A DNA stretch of 63,008 nucleotides, the filler included, from Phoronis australis (lineage: Eukaryota; Animalia; Phoronida): NCBI GenBank assembly GCA_002633005.1. It is 6 parts of 6 records of this genome, joined end to end, with 100 filler letters (N's around TTAATTAATTAA, not from the genome) between each part and the next. Parts side by side here need not be neighbours in the genome. Positions count along the whole stretch, not along the records: positions 1 to 27,948 come from NMRA01001074.1; positions 28,049 to 37,221 come from NMRA01001837.1; 4 more parts are not named here. One strand, written 5' to 3'. The translations under genes were made by a program, and so were the position numbers. Positions 23,367 through 37,321 of the stretch are shown here, one piece after another. The notes beneath the pieces are model-generated. The model was not told where the DNA came from and ran no database searches. It worked only from the letters and a program-made list of their open reading frames with translations. The first letter of the stretch is position 1. Every line of letters begins with the position of its first letter.

Positions 23367-26273
23367 AGCTTTGTTTGTACGTTTATTATCAAATAAAATT
23401 CTGTAATTGATCAGATATGTATTTGTTATTCATTACGAAAACCTTCAGTTTGGTTTCATCTTCAGACGACAGTACATGATTTCAAAAGGGTTAAATCCAA
23501 ATATCAATCAAGTTCATTGTCTTGTGTTAAGCACCAGGACTCCGGATGGTTGGACAAAAAAAACATTCACACCATTCAAGTCTCATATAACATTCCCGCC
23601 AAAATTCATTTCTTTTCAAATTGTTACTATTGCATCAATTGTTTTTTAACCTTGGGTGTACGTGGTATACCTAGAATTACAAAAAATGAACAGATCTCAA
23701 AGTTGACTAGTTGGCGTTGGTGAGGTCTTGGCTGTTATAAATGTATCCCACGTCACTGGGAGAACAGCTGGGTCACTTACAGGGATACTGTATCTTAAGA
23801 ACCAGTTTACTCCACTGAATAACGGTTATAAAACTGGTTCTCAAAATCCAGAACCCCTTGCCAACATCTGTTTATAATAAATTCTAGGGGTAGGCCAGGC
23901 TTGGGAGCAGCTTGCATCCATGTGTGATAGTGTAGGAGCATAACAATATTCACCGACCACCATTTACCACTGACAGCAGTAAGTGTACTGGTTTTCCTAA
24001 ACTTTCCAATGAATGTTGGAGTGATCATTCAATCATCATGATCCTATTTTTGACCTAGCACTACTGGGTTTAATATGCAAATTCTGTAAACCAGAGGCAC
24101 GTTACATTTAATAAAAAACATTCCCCAGACACTTGCGGTTAGAACTTGCTTCAAGAATGAACACCATAAATTCCCTCCCTGAATTCAACAGTATCGCTAC
24201 GCAGACCAATCACTTCAGTGTGCCTGTTATGCTAGTTTACACTCACCTTTCACTCGAGTTTTGGGTAATGTGCACGTAAATTCTTTTCTGGAACACACCC
24301 CAAACAAATCAAACATTTAGTAGCTGGAAAATGAATTACTTTGTTTTAAAAATGATCCTGAAAATTATGACGTCATCAATTACTTATGAAATTCCAATTT
24401 AAAAAATGTAATGACCTAACAAACTTCAATATTCATAAGTGGATAAGTTTATTATTTAAGGTGATACAACAACAACGTACTATTTAATGACAGTCAACCA
24501 CACCAACAAAATGAGCCACAAGTGAGCTCTGTGGAGCCACAAGTGAGCTCTGTGGAGACTGACTTGCAAGATCTCGTTCATGCAATTGCACTACTATGTT
24601 CAATGATGACGGCAGCAAAGCACTAAAACTGAACTTTTTTCATTCATCTGTTTTCATTAAATGAGACTTTTCCTAGTCACTAGCAGCGTTTGAAATACAC
24701 GGTGGCCTGGGGCCAGTGGATTTGCAGCCAGGCCTGTAAATTTTAACATATAGGCCCTATTTGGATGTGGTCTCGTATTCATGCAACTGGCCCGGCGAGC
24801 CAGCACATTTATTTGCTGAAGGTCAAACACTGGTCACTGGTCGGACACCACCCAACAACATGGTCAAAAACTTCATTCCTTTAAAATCCAATGAATACAG
24901 CAAAATGAAAACACATAAGACTGCCACTGGTATGATGAAGAATAATTAGTCGAAAACACATTCATCAAAAATGTTTTCATGCTCTTCTACACCAATGGAC
25001 ATTCCGAGAGATGAAACTACGGCCAATACCACAAAATTTTTCAAAACATGGTGGACTAGAGGAATTTCCCTTTGTCAAAATTTTCAACGAAAACAAAACT
25101 TCGGGGTCGGAAAGTTTTACTTCCTAATTAGCATGATTTATAGAACACAGCTGTGACTTAGGAACTTTGGGTAAAAATGTGAACATGTTCAGCAATGTAG
25201 TTCATCTTCGAAAATATGAAAGATGTCAATTATAGACACCAGTAATATTTTTGTACTAATAACAGACAAGTTTTTGAACTATAATCCTTCAGAGGTAATC
25301 AAATCAAAATTTTCTATTTCAGATAAAGTGGATACAAACTTGCCTTCCATCGCAAAATAAAAACAAACTTATCGTTATTAAATTGGTCTCAAATTGTTCC
25401 TTACTCATAAGAAGTGATTTCAGGGGTTTGGAACATCTGACAGTTCAGTGTTGCTGAAATCCACGTCTGGGAAGTTGGCTTGTCAAAGCTTGTCTCGAGG
25501 AATAACGATCTGTCAGTTACTTGCAAGGGTAAGGAACAAGTCGCGACCAGTTTTACAGCAGTAACTAGTCTGAATCAAAAGTTGACTTCTTAGGACATAG
25601 CGCAGGTTAAATGTACCTTTTGACATCGCACTTAGCCAAAAGAGATATCATTTATCCTAGAGAGGACACTTGCAGACAAATACTATCCGCGAAACTGACG
25701 AACAAGGCACATGTTTGTCCTACTTCTGTTGACATGTGCTAACCTGCAACTGCCCAGTGGATATCCTGCTGAGGTTTGTGAGACCTCACACTGGTTACCC
25801 ATGTGCATGACTGCAGACACTCTGCATGGTTACCACATTGCGAATTTGTGCAACTTTCCGTTAAGTTTAGAAACCCAAGTACTGAGATGAAATGCAACAT
25901 TTTTAATAATTAAACCATTTTACATATTATACAACAAAAGATAGTTTGATTCACAAAGAAAAGTCTTACAAAACGCACAAATTTTATTAAAATACAAAAA
26001 ATGAGGCGAACACTATAAGTACCATAAAACACCATTTTACAATTAAAACAGTACATGACCGGTGCAGCGTTTCATGTACCCAAGACACTCACTTATTAAA
26101 CTGAGAATTCCATCCCATACTTTCAATATTTCAACCTCACCAACCAATCACATCAGTGTCAGACATTTTGCCAGGGGTACAATTAGTAAGGTTTTGTGCA
26201 TACTCCTGAAACACTTTCGTCAAAACAGATGTGATCTATTTTCTTGGAAAGAGCTTCCAGTACATAATTGCTG

Positions 26274-26719
26274 GAAACCAGTGCGCGGTTGCATGAAACA
26301 GTCCCAAATAGGGACTCCACTAAGTTCCCTAAATCTACCGCGTATTTTTGGACTTGTGAAAACACCGATTGCCCTTTCTTGTATTGTTTTAGTTTCATTA
26401 CTAGGTCAACTTTTGACCACAAAGCAGAGTGAACTCTAGGTTGAATTGCCAATATTATCTAAAATAATTAGGGATATTTCCATGCAACACCACCAATTTA
26501 AGGACTGAGTCTCTACTTATTTTCAGTGAACTCTTTATTCAGTTTTTAGTTATATGATTAGAAAATGTCATTAATCAAAGAGGAGCTGATGATAATAATG
26601 ATGAAAGGATAGAAAAATATTGCACCTACGAGTCCATAAAGACACAAATCCGCAAAAAGACTTAGGGACCTTAGTTGAGTCCCTATTTCGGACTGTTTCA
26701 TGCAACCTGCCACTGGTTC
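26274..26719. mobile_element. MITE with long imperfect TIRs
   Basis: ACCAGTGCGCGGTTGCATGAAACAGTCCCAAATAGGGACTCCACTAAGTTCCCTAA is inverted at 26660-26719 (TTAGGGACCTTAGTTGAGTCCCTATTTCGGACTGTTTCATGCAACCTGCCACTGGT). Confidence 0.8.
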
Positions 26720-27948
26720 TTCATCTTGAAGTATTTTACCTATCGACCTTCTCATCTTGAAGGGATAATGCTAATATAACAAAAAAAAGTTCATGAGCAC
26801 CTTTGGAAGCACCAAATAGAACCTTGATCATTTTTAAGATCTAAATCATAGCTACCATATCAAACAATGATTTGAGAAATTTTGGGCATTCCCAACAATA
26901 CGAGAAGCCTTGGAAAAATGAAAACGATCGTGTCCACAATTGGTGACGCATCGGAAAAGGCACTGAAATCTTCATGTATTATTGCTTAGGTCAGACCTTT
27001 AGTACTCAAATAAAATCGTATTGAGGATCATTTCTAAAATCAATAATGTATTGTTTTGGGGAAATTAAAGAAAGCGTGGATCGTGACATGTTGAGATATG
27101 ATAAGCTGAGCCGTGGTGTCGCAAATATCAACATGGTAACCAAATGGGAAAAAACAACCCTATCACAATCAAGCAGAGTTAATAAAACTGTCGAGCCAAC
27201 AAAAAAGCCTATCTATGCTTTTTGGTGCCACTCTAAATGACTAAGATGTTGCATTTATCACACCAGGCTGCATCAAAATTGTTCCAGAATTTCCTCTTAA
27301 CTTACTGTTTAAATTCCCAATCAAGAAATATGATAAGTAATAGATCTATCAAATAGGACAATTTGTTGCCACGGCAACACTCTCACCATAACAGGACTGG
27401 CCTTCTCAATGATTGTCTGAAGTATTTTTGACAGGCAAACTCTGTGAATTCTCGTCACAAACGGAATAAAGTTTTGTACGGTAAAATCTCATCAATTTCA
27501 TGATGAAAATAATTGCCAAAATTACCTTTTTTTCATTTTTCAGACCATCTAGCATGTTAGTGAATAGTACAGAACTTGAACATGATAAAGAATTATTTTG
27601 AGGCCACATGTATTTTATGAAAAATAAGAGAAATAAGTTCAATAGCCCGTCACATTGTGTCCCAAATCAGTGAGATTCAAGGATTTTTGAAAACCATTTT
27701 TTGGACTTATTAATACAGTTAGTTTTGATTTTGTGGTTTTGGACTGCCAAAAGAAAGGAAAATAAGTTTAACAATAGCACAAGTTCAATGGCCAGTACTG
27801 TATAACCTCACAGAGCATTGCTTTACATCACCGTGAACCTGTTAGAAAGACGTCTTACTTAAAAAGATAATATACATTTCTTAGACTTAACACCCTAAGT
27901 TGTCTAAGATGCTTGAACAAAAATTGTCTAACAAAAACTGTTAAAACT

Positions 27949-28048
27949 NNNNNNNNNNNNNNNNNNNNNNNNNNNNNNNNNNNNNNNNNNNNTTAATTAA
28001 TTAANNNNNNNNNNNNNNNNNNNNNNNNNNNNNNNNNNNNNNNNNNNN
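27949..28048. other. Artificial contig spacer N44-TTAATTAATTAA-N44
   Basis: Identical 100-bp spacer with a six-frame stop linker. Confidence 0.97.
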
Positions 28049-28277
28049 TCACCTCATACCTCAATTTACACATAGTGTTTTCTTCATTTGTTTGATCACA
28101 AGTCGTCAGTGTTATTTATGGTTAATAATTCTATTATTTGCTTTGCTTACAAAACCATCTAAAACACCGAGTCAAATGTGTCAGCCTGATCAGAAATACA
28201 ATAAAAAATGGGAAAACCCTCCTGCAATGTCAATTAGACCTACAAATACTTGAGCAACAACTCATGATTAACCTTAC

Positions 28278-30669
28278 GGTGAAATAATTGTATTTTCCAT
28301 GTAATTGAGAAGTGGGTCATCTGGGTCAACTGAAGGTACTAATGGTTCAGGGTTCCACTCTTCAATAAGTTGATTCTTTTCCTGAAAATAAAAAATACAA
28401 TGTACAAACAAGTTACAAATAAGTTGAAATGCCACTATTTGTGTATGGACAAGTAACAGGAGCCAGCCCAACATGTCCCTTCACAGACAGGCAAAATTCA
28501 ATAGTATAAGTACCATTATTAATACTTATTATTCAATGGTATTCACCCATAAACACATAGAAATCCATATTCAGAGCAAATCATTTAAAGACGGTATCAC
28601 AAAAGTCCAAACTTGAATAAGTCAAATTAGCAGACATGGATCTTCCCTTTGAACCCATCCATGAATTTCGTTAAATCCATGGTGTTATTGTGAATAATTT
28701 GGCTACTTAAAAAAATCGTAAGGATTCCTACCCAAAACATGAACCAAACCACGATTTTCAAAGATGGTGCTGACAGACTTTGACAACAAAAAATTAAAAG
28801 AGCGCTTAAGAGCAACAAAAGGTGAAATTTAGTGAAAAAGGTAAGGACAATCATGAAGGCCTCCACACCACTGATGACAACTAACACTGACAAAGACACC
28901 ACAGACAATCACGTCAACGCCAAGAAGGACTAAAATTCCGACACCTGAGACTCACCCACAGCCACATCCGATGCAACTGCCAAAGCTCATGTTACTGACC
29001 ATCACAACAACACTAACAAGCCAACAACAGTGAAAGCGCCAAAACAAAATACCAACACTAACACCACAGACAACGAAAACAATGCTGATAACAGCAATAA
29101 TGCCTGCCAACGCTCAACAAGAATAACAACAAAAATGCTGACAAAATTAGCAACTCAGTCAACGCAAATGATGCTTTTACCAAAGATGCTAATGTACAGA
29201 CAACATCAATAGCGCCAAAGACAGAAAACACCTACAGCCATAATAACCACACAAAAACGAAACAGAGGAGTCAGATAAATGTTAGTTTCCGGCAACTTGG
29301 TCATAAATGTTGGCTACACTGTACAAACAAACACAATTCATGACAGGGTAAAATACCATTTCCCCAAGTGCTGAATGATACAATGTGAGATCTAGTATTA
29401 TGAATTTACCAGCAGTGTTAGCTCGTTCTTCTCTGGTCTGTAACTCTTTGCAAGTAGAAGTCGGATGATGAATATTATCAAGAGAGCTTCAAAGATTAGA
29501 TGGTAGACAGGCGCCTAGAACAAAAGAAATTTCGCAGATATTACAGTAATCACACAATTTCTCCAAAATTCGAAACCTGATAACACTCTTAAAATATTTA
29601 ACATTTTATTTTTTGTTTAATGAAAGTTACAATTACAAACCATGCTGGTGATAATGTTAACATTTTCTCAAACAATATTTTTTGAGAAACTTAACAAAGC
29701 AAGATTCCCCTCATCCAATATTGAGAACCTGATTCGGCACATCTAAATTGCCAAGCAACTTAATTAAAAGACAAACTAAGAATGAAGAAGTTTATTAAGC
29801 AGAATAACAACAATATGCTCCATTCTGATATCACAGAAACCATGGAAACAAGAATCATTTAATTTAAAACTTAGATTTTTAAAACATGCGTTTTTTGGAT
29901 CTACAAGACAAGTCCCAGTTTGTAGCAATTGACTTTTTGACAGCCTTTTTTAAGTTATGTGAAACACGTGGGTTTGACAGTTATAGTTGTCCAAGTTTGA
30001 CTTCTTAGTGACACTTAGTTTTTTGGTAGTCTACAATAGTGTGGACGTGTTTGGTATATGAGGTTAGTCTATTTGCTAACAAGACTATATTAGCAGTCAT
30101 TAGAAGTCAGTACAGATAGTGAGCCAACTGCAAGCTGGAAGACCTTGGAAACTAGTGGGAGGGGGGGGTCAGCGAAATAGCCTAAGGAAACCCGACGTGT
30201 CTAAGGAGACTACCCTCTGATTGCAACTACAGTCCAGTTGGCTCCTATCCCCTGTAGTTGAAGACAACAAATAAAGGCGAACCCCCAACCCTATCATGAA
30301 TGCCAGCTGGCCAGAGGGTCAGTACTCAAAACTAAGTCAACACTGTGCACTGAAACAGTGTCAGCTTGGTTGGCCTAGTCCGAAGCCGAGTCGCGTCACT
30401 GCACAACAAATCACTAACTAAAGAAATAGAGGTATGACTGTATTAATGTGTATCCTGGTACGATAGCTTATGGATTAGGGAAATAACTAAGCTAAACAGA
30501 AAATGCGTAAACCGTTTGGAAAATAAGTAAGACGTTGGTTTACCCGTTAATCATCGTTAATGATGGTACCCGTGGGAAAACTTACATGAAGAAGAGATTC
30601 CACCAATTCAGAAATATTAAGCCCACGCCAGTCTTGGGCGGATCCAAGGAAACCGCTTAACATTGTCAT
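28278..30669 (-). CDS. SPTLC1: Serine palmitoyltransferase subunit 1, coding exons 1-3 (30669-30586, 29514-29410, 28381-28278); 3' part cut off by contig end
   Basis: Spliced product: MTMLSGFLGSAQDWRGLNISELVESLLH-APVYHLIFEALLIIFIIRLLLAKSYRPEKNELTLL-EKNQLIEEWNPEPLVPSVDPDDPLLNY... This matches the SPTLC1 N-terminal signatures APxYHL and LIEEWxPEPLVP. GT..AG introns, phases 0,0,2. Confidence 0.92.
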
Positions 30670-32368
30670 TTTCGCAAGAGTCAGAAGTGAGCTTTGCCTT
30701 TAGAGTCCGGTGGTGAGATGTTTTCACTTTTCCAGGTCTTGCAGTTGGACTCGACAGAGGAATCAGGCAAGCTCACAGAAATCCGCAATTCCACTTCCAA
30801 ATCACACCCACTAGTTGACTTGGAAAAGAGAATACGTTCAATCAAAACAGCTATCATGGAATTACGTAATGTAAAAGAGTAGTAAGCAAGCGGAAACAAT
30901 AAATACTCTCGTTAAAATTCTCACACCACTCTGCCAAAGGCAAAGGTACCCATCCAAAACCTTTACCACAAACAGATGGCGCAGGATGCAATGACGCTAT
31001 GCTAACAGGTAGCGCTGCTCACAGTCATGTGACATTCTTGTGGGAACTGAATCTTGACCCAACACTTTGACCTACATTCTACAGCTACTGACGTCACACC
31101 GCCGTTGTAACGTGAGCTCAGTGCTTCACTCTGTCAGCTGTTATCATATCAAGGCCACCAACATGTTTATAGTGAATGCTAGCAATTTGCTGCCACTACC
31201 TACGTATGTTCAGATTGTTAAATAGATACTATTATATGTTGAAACCACTCTCTTTTGCCTTAGTATTGATCGTACATAAAATATTACAGCCGTTTCTACT
31301 TGGTGGTGAACCATCAGCTGCCGTGGAGTCCGTCTGCTGGACTACGGTTGTTGGCTAACGAGACCACAGACATCACGAGACACTGAAAAAAAGAAAATAA
31401 AACCTAAGGTGTATATCACCATGTATAATTCAAGCATAATTTAAAAAATATAGTGATCATATTTCAACCTAATCAAAATTATATTATGGTTGGTGAGTTG
31501 CCAAAATCTCGGGCGGAAAAGTGGGCCCGGTTTAGTAGCCGCTTTCAGCTGGTGTGGTGGCAGTTACAAGGCACATGCTTCCCAAAGGATTGCAACGTTG
31601 TAAGCTACAAATTGTAAGATGAATTTCACCACAGTTAGGTTTACTTTGGCGCAAATTTCTCACAGAAAAATACGAGACAGAATGGGTCAACACTACGGGG
31701 AATTATGTAACAGCTACATGCGCACACCCACTCAGCCTTCAATATGGGGGGCTCGAATTCCTGACTTTGTGGACCTCTTGGTAACAAAAAAGTGGGCGGA
31801 CTAAAGAAGAAAAAAAAAACAGGAGCACCTCTGTGAATTACGTGTTTGCCCATGTTTAATAGACTTATTTTCTCGGACTTTTTGTCTCTCCACAGAGGCG
31901 GACTTTTTGCCCACTTCGTTCGAGCCCCCAGAGCCCCCACACATTCCCAGGAGAGCTGTTCACTTCGTGTCTTTATCTTCATAAAATTAACACTTCTCGC
32001 GCAAATCGTCAACACATTCCTCGTAATTTAACCCAACAGCGCCAAATGCATTTTAGTTACAGCCGAAACCACACTTTCGTAAATAGGGCGAAATGGCGTT
32101 GATTTTCGTACAACAGATTCTTGAAATAAAAAAACAATTAGACTACTTATTCAAAACCTGAATTTCGGTAATATGTGCAAAGGCGTGATTGAATTTGTGC
32201 ATTTCATTCACTTGTATGTTCCGGATTGATTCGCTATTAGCAAAATTAAAAACATTGCGCAATATAATAATTTCGGTTTTCGTTGAAGCACTTGTATCAG
32301 TACACATTCTTAATTAGCACGCTATGATAATTCTGCATGAGATTCTTATATGGCCCAGCCTTAACAGT

Positions 32369-32740
32369 CATAGGAATTTTGATTTTTGAACGGTTTTTCT
32401 CTTAAAATAACGCAAGGCTGCGCGCTATAGGAATCCCGATTTTTGAACGAATGTTCCCTCAAGTAATTTTTAAAACGCCTATCAGGCTCAGATTCCCATA
32501 ACGCGGCAGCTTGCGCGTTATAGGAATCCCGATTTTTTACGAGTTTTCACACAAATATTCTTTAAAATACCTATCAGACTCAGATTCCTGTAACGCGCAG
32601 GCTTGCGCAATATATGAATCTCGATTTTTTACGAGTTTTCTCTCAAATATTCTCTAAATCGCCTATCTGGCTCAGATTCCTGTAACGCGCAGGCTTGCGC
32701 AATATAGGAATCCCGATTTTTGAACGAATTTTCCCTCAAA
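32369..32740 (+). repeat. Minisatellite, unit about 92 bp, 4 copies
   Basis: Repeating TATAGGAATCCCGATTTTT...CCTATCAGGCTCAGATTCCTGTAACGCGCAGGCTTGCGC. Confidence 0.85.
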
Positions 32741-32936
32741 TGCAGTGTTCACCCTACACTTCCAAACTCTAGTGTTCAGTGGACCCACCATCCAAAGTTT
32801 TCAGATCTGTGAAAATTTTCCCGAAATCTTTACACTAGCATTGAACAACACACAATGTATGTTGTAAAGGTGAGACGAATAGGCTGGTACTTACATCAAT
32901 GGAAGTATGGAATTAAATTTTCTTAAATAAAACAGA

Positions 32937-33249
32937 GAATGTGTCTTGAACTATCCTCTATTATGCGCTGGACTTTTGTAGAAACAGACGAGTAACTCAA
33001 CATTAATTACTGTTCCTACATAGGCGGATTTAGGGGGGGCCAGGACCCCCCTTGGCTGCCGCAAAAAAAAATAAAACAGCAAGAGCGTCGGGGAATGTGT
33101 CTTGAACTATCCTCTATTATGCGCTGGACTTTTGTAGAAACAGACGATTAACTCAACATTAATTACTGTTCCTACATAGGCGGATTTAGGGGGGGCCAGG
33201 ACCCCCCTTGGCTGCCGCAAAAAAAAAATAAAACAGCAAGAGCGTCGGG
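32937..33249 (+). repeat. Near-perfect tandem duplication, 156-157 bp x2, including a MITE left end
   Basis: GAATGTGTCTTGAACTATCC...CATAGGCGGATTTAGGGGGGGCCAGGACCCCCC...AAGAGCGTCGGG occurs at 32937 and 33093. The copies differ by 1 substitution and 1 base in a poly-A run. Confidence 0.92.
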
Positions 33250-34667
33250 AAATGTTGAGTTTATTAACTAATCCCGGTAATTGAAATTATACGGCTGAAA
33301 CAAGATTTAAATGTGTGCAGTTTTAGTGTTGATCCAATTTCAAGTGTCAAATTCGGAACACGGCGCAATCGTAACGGAACTATAGCTAAGTATAGGCTCT
33401 CCCGCGACAAGGCGACCGGCAATGGCGCTGGGCACTACGTTTCCGTCGTCTGCTCAACTGTGCAATGAAGAAAATTGCTTCATTTTTTAACTGAAAAAAC
33501 AAGCTTCTCGTAAGATGTCAATTTTAATCGAAGCCTTAGTGAATCACTCAGAAACTCATAATTCTCTCTTTGTCAAACCGATTTCCAAAGCAATCGCATC
33601 ATTATTGCCAACACAAAAAACGGATTTGGTCTTTTGGGCAATTGGAGACTATTTTAAATACAACAAATTTGTTACGAACTGATGTCACAAGATATAAAAA
33701 TTGTAATGAGCATTACAAAAAGAAGAAGGTTTGGCGCGCAAACGCTGTGGATTGTGAACAAGTAGGTCTCTTAGTAACAGATTAGGATTTAAATCGTGGT
33801 GGTGCAGTGGTAAAGCCAGGTCGTGAGTTCGAGTCTGTGGTAATTGCAGTTTTCCTGTGTGACACTTTCTCCGTTTTTTTTCCCTTTTTTCTTGGTTAAT
33901 ACTTCGGGAATCAAGGAAAATGCTTGATTTTTAGAGGGAAAACCCCCCTCCCGACCTCCCCTCATTCGGTGCTATGCGCATATACATTCGTCCTTTGAGC
34001 AAATGTTTACAGACAAAATGTTGGGCCCCCCTTTGTGATATCCTAGATTCGCTTATTCCTATGTTGTAGAAACTGAAAAAATGGTATCTGCTAGTTTAGT
34101 CTGGGCAAGTGATGTGGAAGAAATAGCAGATGATGTTATGGTTCAGTGTTAGAGATCAGTTTCCAGAGCAAAGTAATTTAAAAAAATATTTGAGCTGTTT
34201 TGTTGAAGGGTGTAAAGGTGCTATTGAATTGTATACTGGCAAATTCAAAATGAAATGAGTTCATGAAAAGGTTGAGTGAAATGTGTTTTGTCGACAGCAC
34301 AAGTCATATTTTGGTGGCAATTCAATGCAAGAAAGAGGAGTTGCTGATATTTTTTATTTTTCTCTTCAGAAAGCAGTAGCTTCACGATCCTTTTATGGAT
34401 CTTTCTGAAACTTAGTGTGTGAGCTTCATCAGAAGCAGGCCAGTTATTTGAGATTTACTGAAGACTCCTTTTTTATGGACTAGTTCTCTGCTGCTTCTTT
34501 GTTAACTTGGTTTACTACCTAATGTTTGCTAATCATTTATATCAGCAATTCGTCATTCACCATTGATTATCATCATTTATCACTTTCGCTAAGTGCCACT
34601 CTCTTGAGCGCTTTCATCTTGATAATGTGTAATGCTCTTAACTATTTTACTGTTCTTTTTCTTACAG

Positions 34668-34729
34668 GCTAGACAACATGGTCTGAACTTGAAAAACAAG
34701 AAATTTAAGGGAAAGGAGAGAGTTGGCAA
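34668..34729 (+). other. Isolated candidate exon of unknown gene
   Basis: Strong acceptor (TTCTTTTTCTTACAG) and donor (GTAAGT). The only open frame reads ARQHGLNLKNKKFKGKERVG; no family recognised. Confidence 0.3.
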
Positions 34730-37221
34730 GTAAGTTGTCTTTTTGTGTTGTGCAAAGTATCCAAATGGGTGCTCTTGTTAGTAAATCTTTCAAGGTGAGG
34801 TCAAGTAAACTTTTTCATTTCATGTGTTATGTTATTAGTATGAACAAAAGGTTGACTGCCTCTACTTACTTCAGTTTATCTATTCTTCTAATGTGAAGAT
34901 TCGTGGTTCTAATTGCATGACCAAGCCTGTGCCAAGAGACAGGTAATTTGTTGTGGAGTTTCCCAAAAATGGCAATTTTAATTTATGATTACTCAACTCA
35001 CTGCTAAATGTATGGAAAGATGTTCTTGAAATTTGACAAGTTGTGTTAGTGTCACAGTCAAATAGCCTAGGGCAGTTCTAAGCAAAGTTTAACTTGCACT
35101 ATTCCATCTAGCAGCATTTGGTTTTGTCAACTGGCTTTCGGGTCCACGTCCACGTGATGACTGTACTGACATTGAACAACTACTAGCACTACGCCGTTAA
35201 ATGTAATTCTTGTATTGTCACACAAAAATGATGAACACAATGTTCTCCACAACAGATTCAGACTAGACGGAAATAACAATACTCATGAACATGCCCGTGT
35301 CTACGCGATGGGGTGTTTGTACATTGACTGTTGGTGAACTGGTGTTAAAGTCAGACCTTTGTACCGTACACAAAAAGGTGGATTCGTACGGAAATTTAGC
35401 TTGTAGTACGCAAGACCAGGCAAAAATACACAAAAATTAATTTGAAGCAGGTTATCTACTGAGTTGTTACTCACTCTGTCATAAGCTAATAATAGAAATG
35501 CAAGAATATTTTTCAATTAGAAATTAAAAAATATGTATTCATGATATTTTAACTAAATAATGTGAGCTCCGAAGTCGGAAACTTGTGCGGATTCATTCTA
35601 ATATTATAGCAAGATATCGAATCGCAAGGCTTCTTCTATCGATATTCATCATCGCCGGCCAAAACTATAAGCAACAACTTCTGTGGTTGGTGGATTGTTT
35701 ATTTTGTTTAATTCTGGCTAAGTACATACTTTCAAGTTTGTCAAAATGGCAAAGCTTGAGAGGCTGCATATTCCGAGCTGGGAAGAAAATAGGTTCTGAA
35801 AGAAGGGAGCATCTGTTTTTGCCACGTTGTTCCGAAGAATGTCTGTGTCTTATGGAAGGGACCATAGAATTTATATTGCTAGGCTGTGTAGCGCGTTGTT
35901 TTCTTGCACACTTGGTGACCGTTCTGACTTTGCAGCACATCCACACCTGTCGGCAACAGTCGGTTTTTTGACAGGCAGTAAGGTGGTATATGTTTATCAG
36001 TTGATAGATGCTTCCAATGAACAGTTATTTCAAACTTTTGTGAATAGTTATGAACACTTCTGGTGTAAAAAATTGTCCAATACGGAGTCACGAGCACATT
36101 TGAACAGATACGTTTTTGGTGAAACGAACATAACTGTTGAAGCAAGGAATTCTTTGTTGTGTGTATGACTTAACATGATTCACGGCATATATTAACTTTG
36201 CGCCATGTATTAACATAATTGTTTTAGTTCAGTAATGAGTTTACCTCTGTATTTTCAAAGGTCCTCTATGGATCTTTTCACAAAATTTGGAAGATAGGCA
36301 TCTAGTAGTGAGATGATGCTATCCTCCCGTTTTCGGATGGATTCAAGGTATTTTGCACGACCTAGTAGCCATTTTTACTGTTTTCGATTTTTTTTTTGGC
36401 GTCAGCCTCTCTATCAGCCAAACTGCTCTAAGAGTGATTGAGCAAATAGGCATATATGTTAAGAGTACATGTTCTTACTGTAAAGAGGATGGCTCACGGT
36501 GATTTTCCAATGTCTTCGACTAATGTGGCGCTCCCTAGTGGCATTTTGTTGCGCTCATGGGTGTATCTCTTAAGAGCTCTGCGGAATCTTTATTAAGTTT
36601 GGCAAGTGTATTTATATGAAGTTGACAACGGACGGATCCGACTGGTGATGTGCCTCCTAGTGGCATCGAACAAGCTACAAATAGGCTTACCCACACTGAC
36701 ATCAAATTCCTCCACATCAAGTTCATAGATATGCTTTAGAGTGCTTTTACAATCGTTTGTGCCTTGCCTAGCAATTGTACTATTCCAAATAGTCACAAAA
36801 ACGGCTTTTATGAGAAATTCACTACATGACATTGAGATTTTTAAGCGATGCACCTGACAAGTCAATTGAAACATAGCACTAAATAGCCAATATTTGAATG
36901 AAAGAGCCGAGACGTTTACAATTAACCTAATGAAGTTATTTTATCCACTTGCTCTGCATTTGCTCCTCTGGTTGATGGTGGCGGGGTGAAGAACTTAATG
37001 TCATGCATCCATGGATAGTTGTCAAGGTTATTCAACTTTCTGCCATTGGAGTTGCTGCCTAAAGCACAGCACTAATACTACAGAATACATGCAACGTGGA
37101 CATGGTGCAAAGTGGATGATACTAGTAATAAGACCATTCATGGAGGATCAGTTACAAGGTGTTGATATTCTGGGAACATTGAATCTTCATTTAACTATTG
37201 CAGTCAGTGTGACTTTAATCA

Positions 37222-37321
37222 NNNNNNNNNNNNNNNNNNNNNNNNNNNNNNNNNNNNNNNNNNNNTTAATTAATTAANNNNNNNNNNNNNNNNNNNNNNN
37301 NNNNNNNNNNNNNNNNNNNNN
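37222..37321. other. Artificial contig spacer
   Basis: N44-TTAATTAATTAA-N44. Confidence 0.97.

Noticed and set aside
27993-28004. TTAATTAATTAA as a biological motif
   Set aside because: It is always centred in 88 Ns and is a synthetic linker.
30694-30882. 62-aa ORF divergent from SPTLC1
   Set aside because: It starts at a TTG, has no recognisable domain or supporting exons, and lies in the presumed SPTLC1 5' region.
36990-37130. PHD-finger-like peptide (CQGYSTFCHWSC...W)
   Set aside because: The Cys/His pattern is incomplete and interrupted, too weak to call.
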